A stretch of 64,000 nt of DNA from an uncultured Armatimonadia bacterium (lineage in GTDB: Bacteria > Armatimonadota > Zipacnadia > CAVVLO01): contig CAVVLO010000005.1 of the NCBI GenBank assembly GCA_963749155.1, forward strand, positions 416,001 to 480,000, read 5' to 3'. The first letter of the stretch is position 1, and every line of letters begins with the position of its first letter. Positions 61,911 through 64,000 of this stretch are shown piece by piece. The position numbers and the translations under genes were made by a program. Under the pieces are notes generated by a model, which worked only from the letters and a program-made list of their open reading frames with translations, did no database searches and was not told where the DNA came from.

Positions 61911-64000
61911 CCTGGCCCGATTTCCAGTTCGCAGCCGGTTTCCAGATAACGCCGCGAGTAGCAATAGACCTTGCCGTTCTCCGAGCCAATAAGCAGGTCC
62001 AGCCTGCCATCACCGGTCAGGTCGACAGGCTCAGGCGTCGCGGAATGGCATCCAAAGCCCATCGGCGCCCCGCCGCAGAGTAGCTTGCGCGGCTTTGCGA
62101 ATACAGGCGCCTCGGTAGTGCCAACGTTCTCAATCAGCAGCACTGTGGCTTTGCCCTCGGGCTGGGCCAAAGGCTGGCGCGCGAATAAGCCCAAGCAGCA
62201 AATCGAAATCTCCATCCGCGTCCCAGTCGCAAACGGCGAATTTGCTGCGCCCAACCAGCCCGGAGAAGCCATCGAGCTTCATCTCCTCGCCCGATTCGTA
62301 GTGCAGCCGAGTAGCGCTGATTAACGCAGCAGGATCGTCCGGGGCGCGCTGGTACAAGGTAAGGTAGCCTTCCTGGTCGAGGCAGAGCAGCTCTTGCGGC
62401 TTGTCCGGAAAACGACGCACCGCCTGAGGCCTCTGTCGCCAGACAGTCTTGAAAGGCTTGCCCTGCCAGGTGAAAGGCACTGGCGCGGCCAGCACGGGCG
62501 CCTCGCGAGAGCCGATATTGGCGAAATAAAGCACCTGGCCCAGCACGTCACAGGTGATAAGTTCGGGCAGTCCGCCATCTCGCCAGTCCGAAACCGCGAC
62601 GTTGAGATAGCCCCACCGGTCTTCACTTGGCCCCTGGATAGAGCCACCTGGGCCGGCTTCGATGTGGAAGGGCACTCCCGCCAGCCAGCAGTGGGACAGG
62701 CTCTGACCAGAGGGGCCTGCCGGGCTTGCCTCGGTCAGTGGAGACGAGCAAGTCGCCCTCCGCGTTGGCCAGCAGCAGGTCGAAATCGCCGTCTGCATCC
62801 CAGTCAGCTACTGACACCGAAGCTTTGCAGTGGACGGTGAGACAGCCTGGGCCCTCTCTCAGGTAGCGCGGCGCGCGCACCTGGGGCATCCCATCGGGGG
62901 CGACGCCCGCATTTTCGAGCACCATTATGTTGCCGCCCTCGGTGCCGGCAAGCAGGTCGGGAAGTCCTGTGCCTGTCCAGTCCCAGGCGTCCAGAGTTAC
63001 CATCCACTGGGGCAGGGGATACCCCCCATACTGGCCTTCCAGCTTGCCGAGATACTCGACCTCAAGCGGGTTCTCGGTCGGCCGGTAGCAGCGGATAGCG
63101 CCGAGGAAATCCGCCACGAAGAGCACTGGATGGCCGTCTCCAGCCCAGTCAGCAACGACGGGCGAGGCAGCGCCGTACACATCGAAGGGCTCTCCATCCA
63201 CTTCTAGCTGGACAGGCGGCTCGAACAGAGGAGCCTCGGGCGCTGCCGACATTGCGCGCGAAATAGAGCTTGCCATGAAGCGGCCCGCCAAGCCAGTTGC
63301 CCTGGTCATCATACCCGCGCCCAAAGCCGATATGAGGCTCGTCAATCCCCGCGTGGGCGCGTTCGCCGAAGGGATAGTATTCGCTCCAGTCGTTGCCGCC
63401 AATCAGGAGATCCCATACGCCATCGCCGTCCCAGTCCACCACGAAAGGCCTGGCCTCGGGAATCCCATCGAATACGACGCGCCCTTCGGTGGTGATCAGC
63501 GGAACAGGTTCCTGGAAAACCGGCCAGCCGGCTTCGACCTTCCCCTTGTGCAGTTCTCCGCCAGCCTGCATGGCAATGCACCAGACCTCGCCAGAGGGGG
63601 CATCCGGTATTCTGACCAGCCGGGCAGACGATATCTGGCACTCGGCAGGCTTGCCTGAGGGGGGCTTCCCGGCCCTCGAGAGTCGCTTCTGCCAGATGCA
63701 GATACACGCCTCCCTGGTGCATTGTCGGATGGGTCCAGGTGAGAAGCTGCAGCTGCCCAGTGCCAGTCCAGTCGAGCAATATAGGCCGGCCATGCAGGCA
63801 GAGGCCAAGTTCGGCTTCGCGGCCAGGATAACCCACCATAAGCGGCTCGCCCGCGCCGATAAAAGGCGGGGGAGAAGGTGGTGTTTCAAGCGGTTTCGTA
63901 TCGAAATGGAGCGTATATGGCGCCCGGGCCGGCTGAAAGTAGAAAGCCAGTCGGTCTTCTGCCCAAAGAGAACCGCTGGGTTCGCCAAATCGGTCGCGCA
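61907..64000 (-). CDS. FG-GAP/VCBS-repeat beta-propeller protein; 5' end beyond the window, at least four frameshifts
   Basis: Repeated DWDGDG..DLL, DWTGTG and DLTGDGRLDLL motifs across five frames; the first frame stays open to base 64000. Confidence 0.8.

Overview
A GC-rich (roughly 60% by eye) bacterial chromosomal window, probably from an uncorrected long-read or metagenome assembly: about 14 genes, including guaA, carry single-base frameshifts. Bases 1-12.2 kb hold a minus-strand housekeeping superoperon (recG-rsmD-coaD-SepIVA/DivIVA-like-pta-ackA-yceD-rpmF-plsX-fabH-fabD-fabG-acpP-fabF). A ~510-bp intergenic mosaic of four different palindromic repeat families follows, including three identical GTAG-type REPs. 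Next come leuA, an MFS gene coupled to a circularly permuted ROK-family kinase, a 1.5-kb single-gene insert bounded by an exact 75-bp duplication of a gene 3' end, guaA-hpt-rho, a TtuA/TtcA-like gene and a candidate sigma54-driven 28-aa peptide. The remaining ~35 kb is dominated by poorly classified carbohydrate-active proteins (GH20, GH4, tandem LamG-GH99-like paralogs, DUF4838, beta-helix, propeller and barrel proteins). Interspersed are tRNA-Arg(CCG), an orphan Cys-rich sensor kinase, a GyrI-like fusion, a pentapeptide-repeat protein and a KaiC-like/PPDK_N fusion. No CRISPR array, transposase, integrase or prophage was seen. All family calls are from motif recognition by eye; no database search was run.
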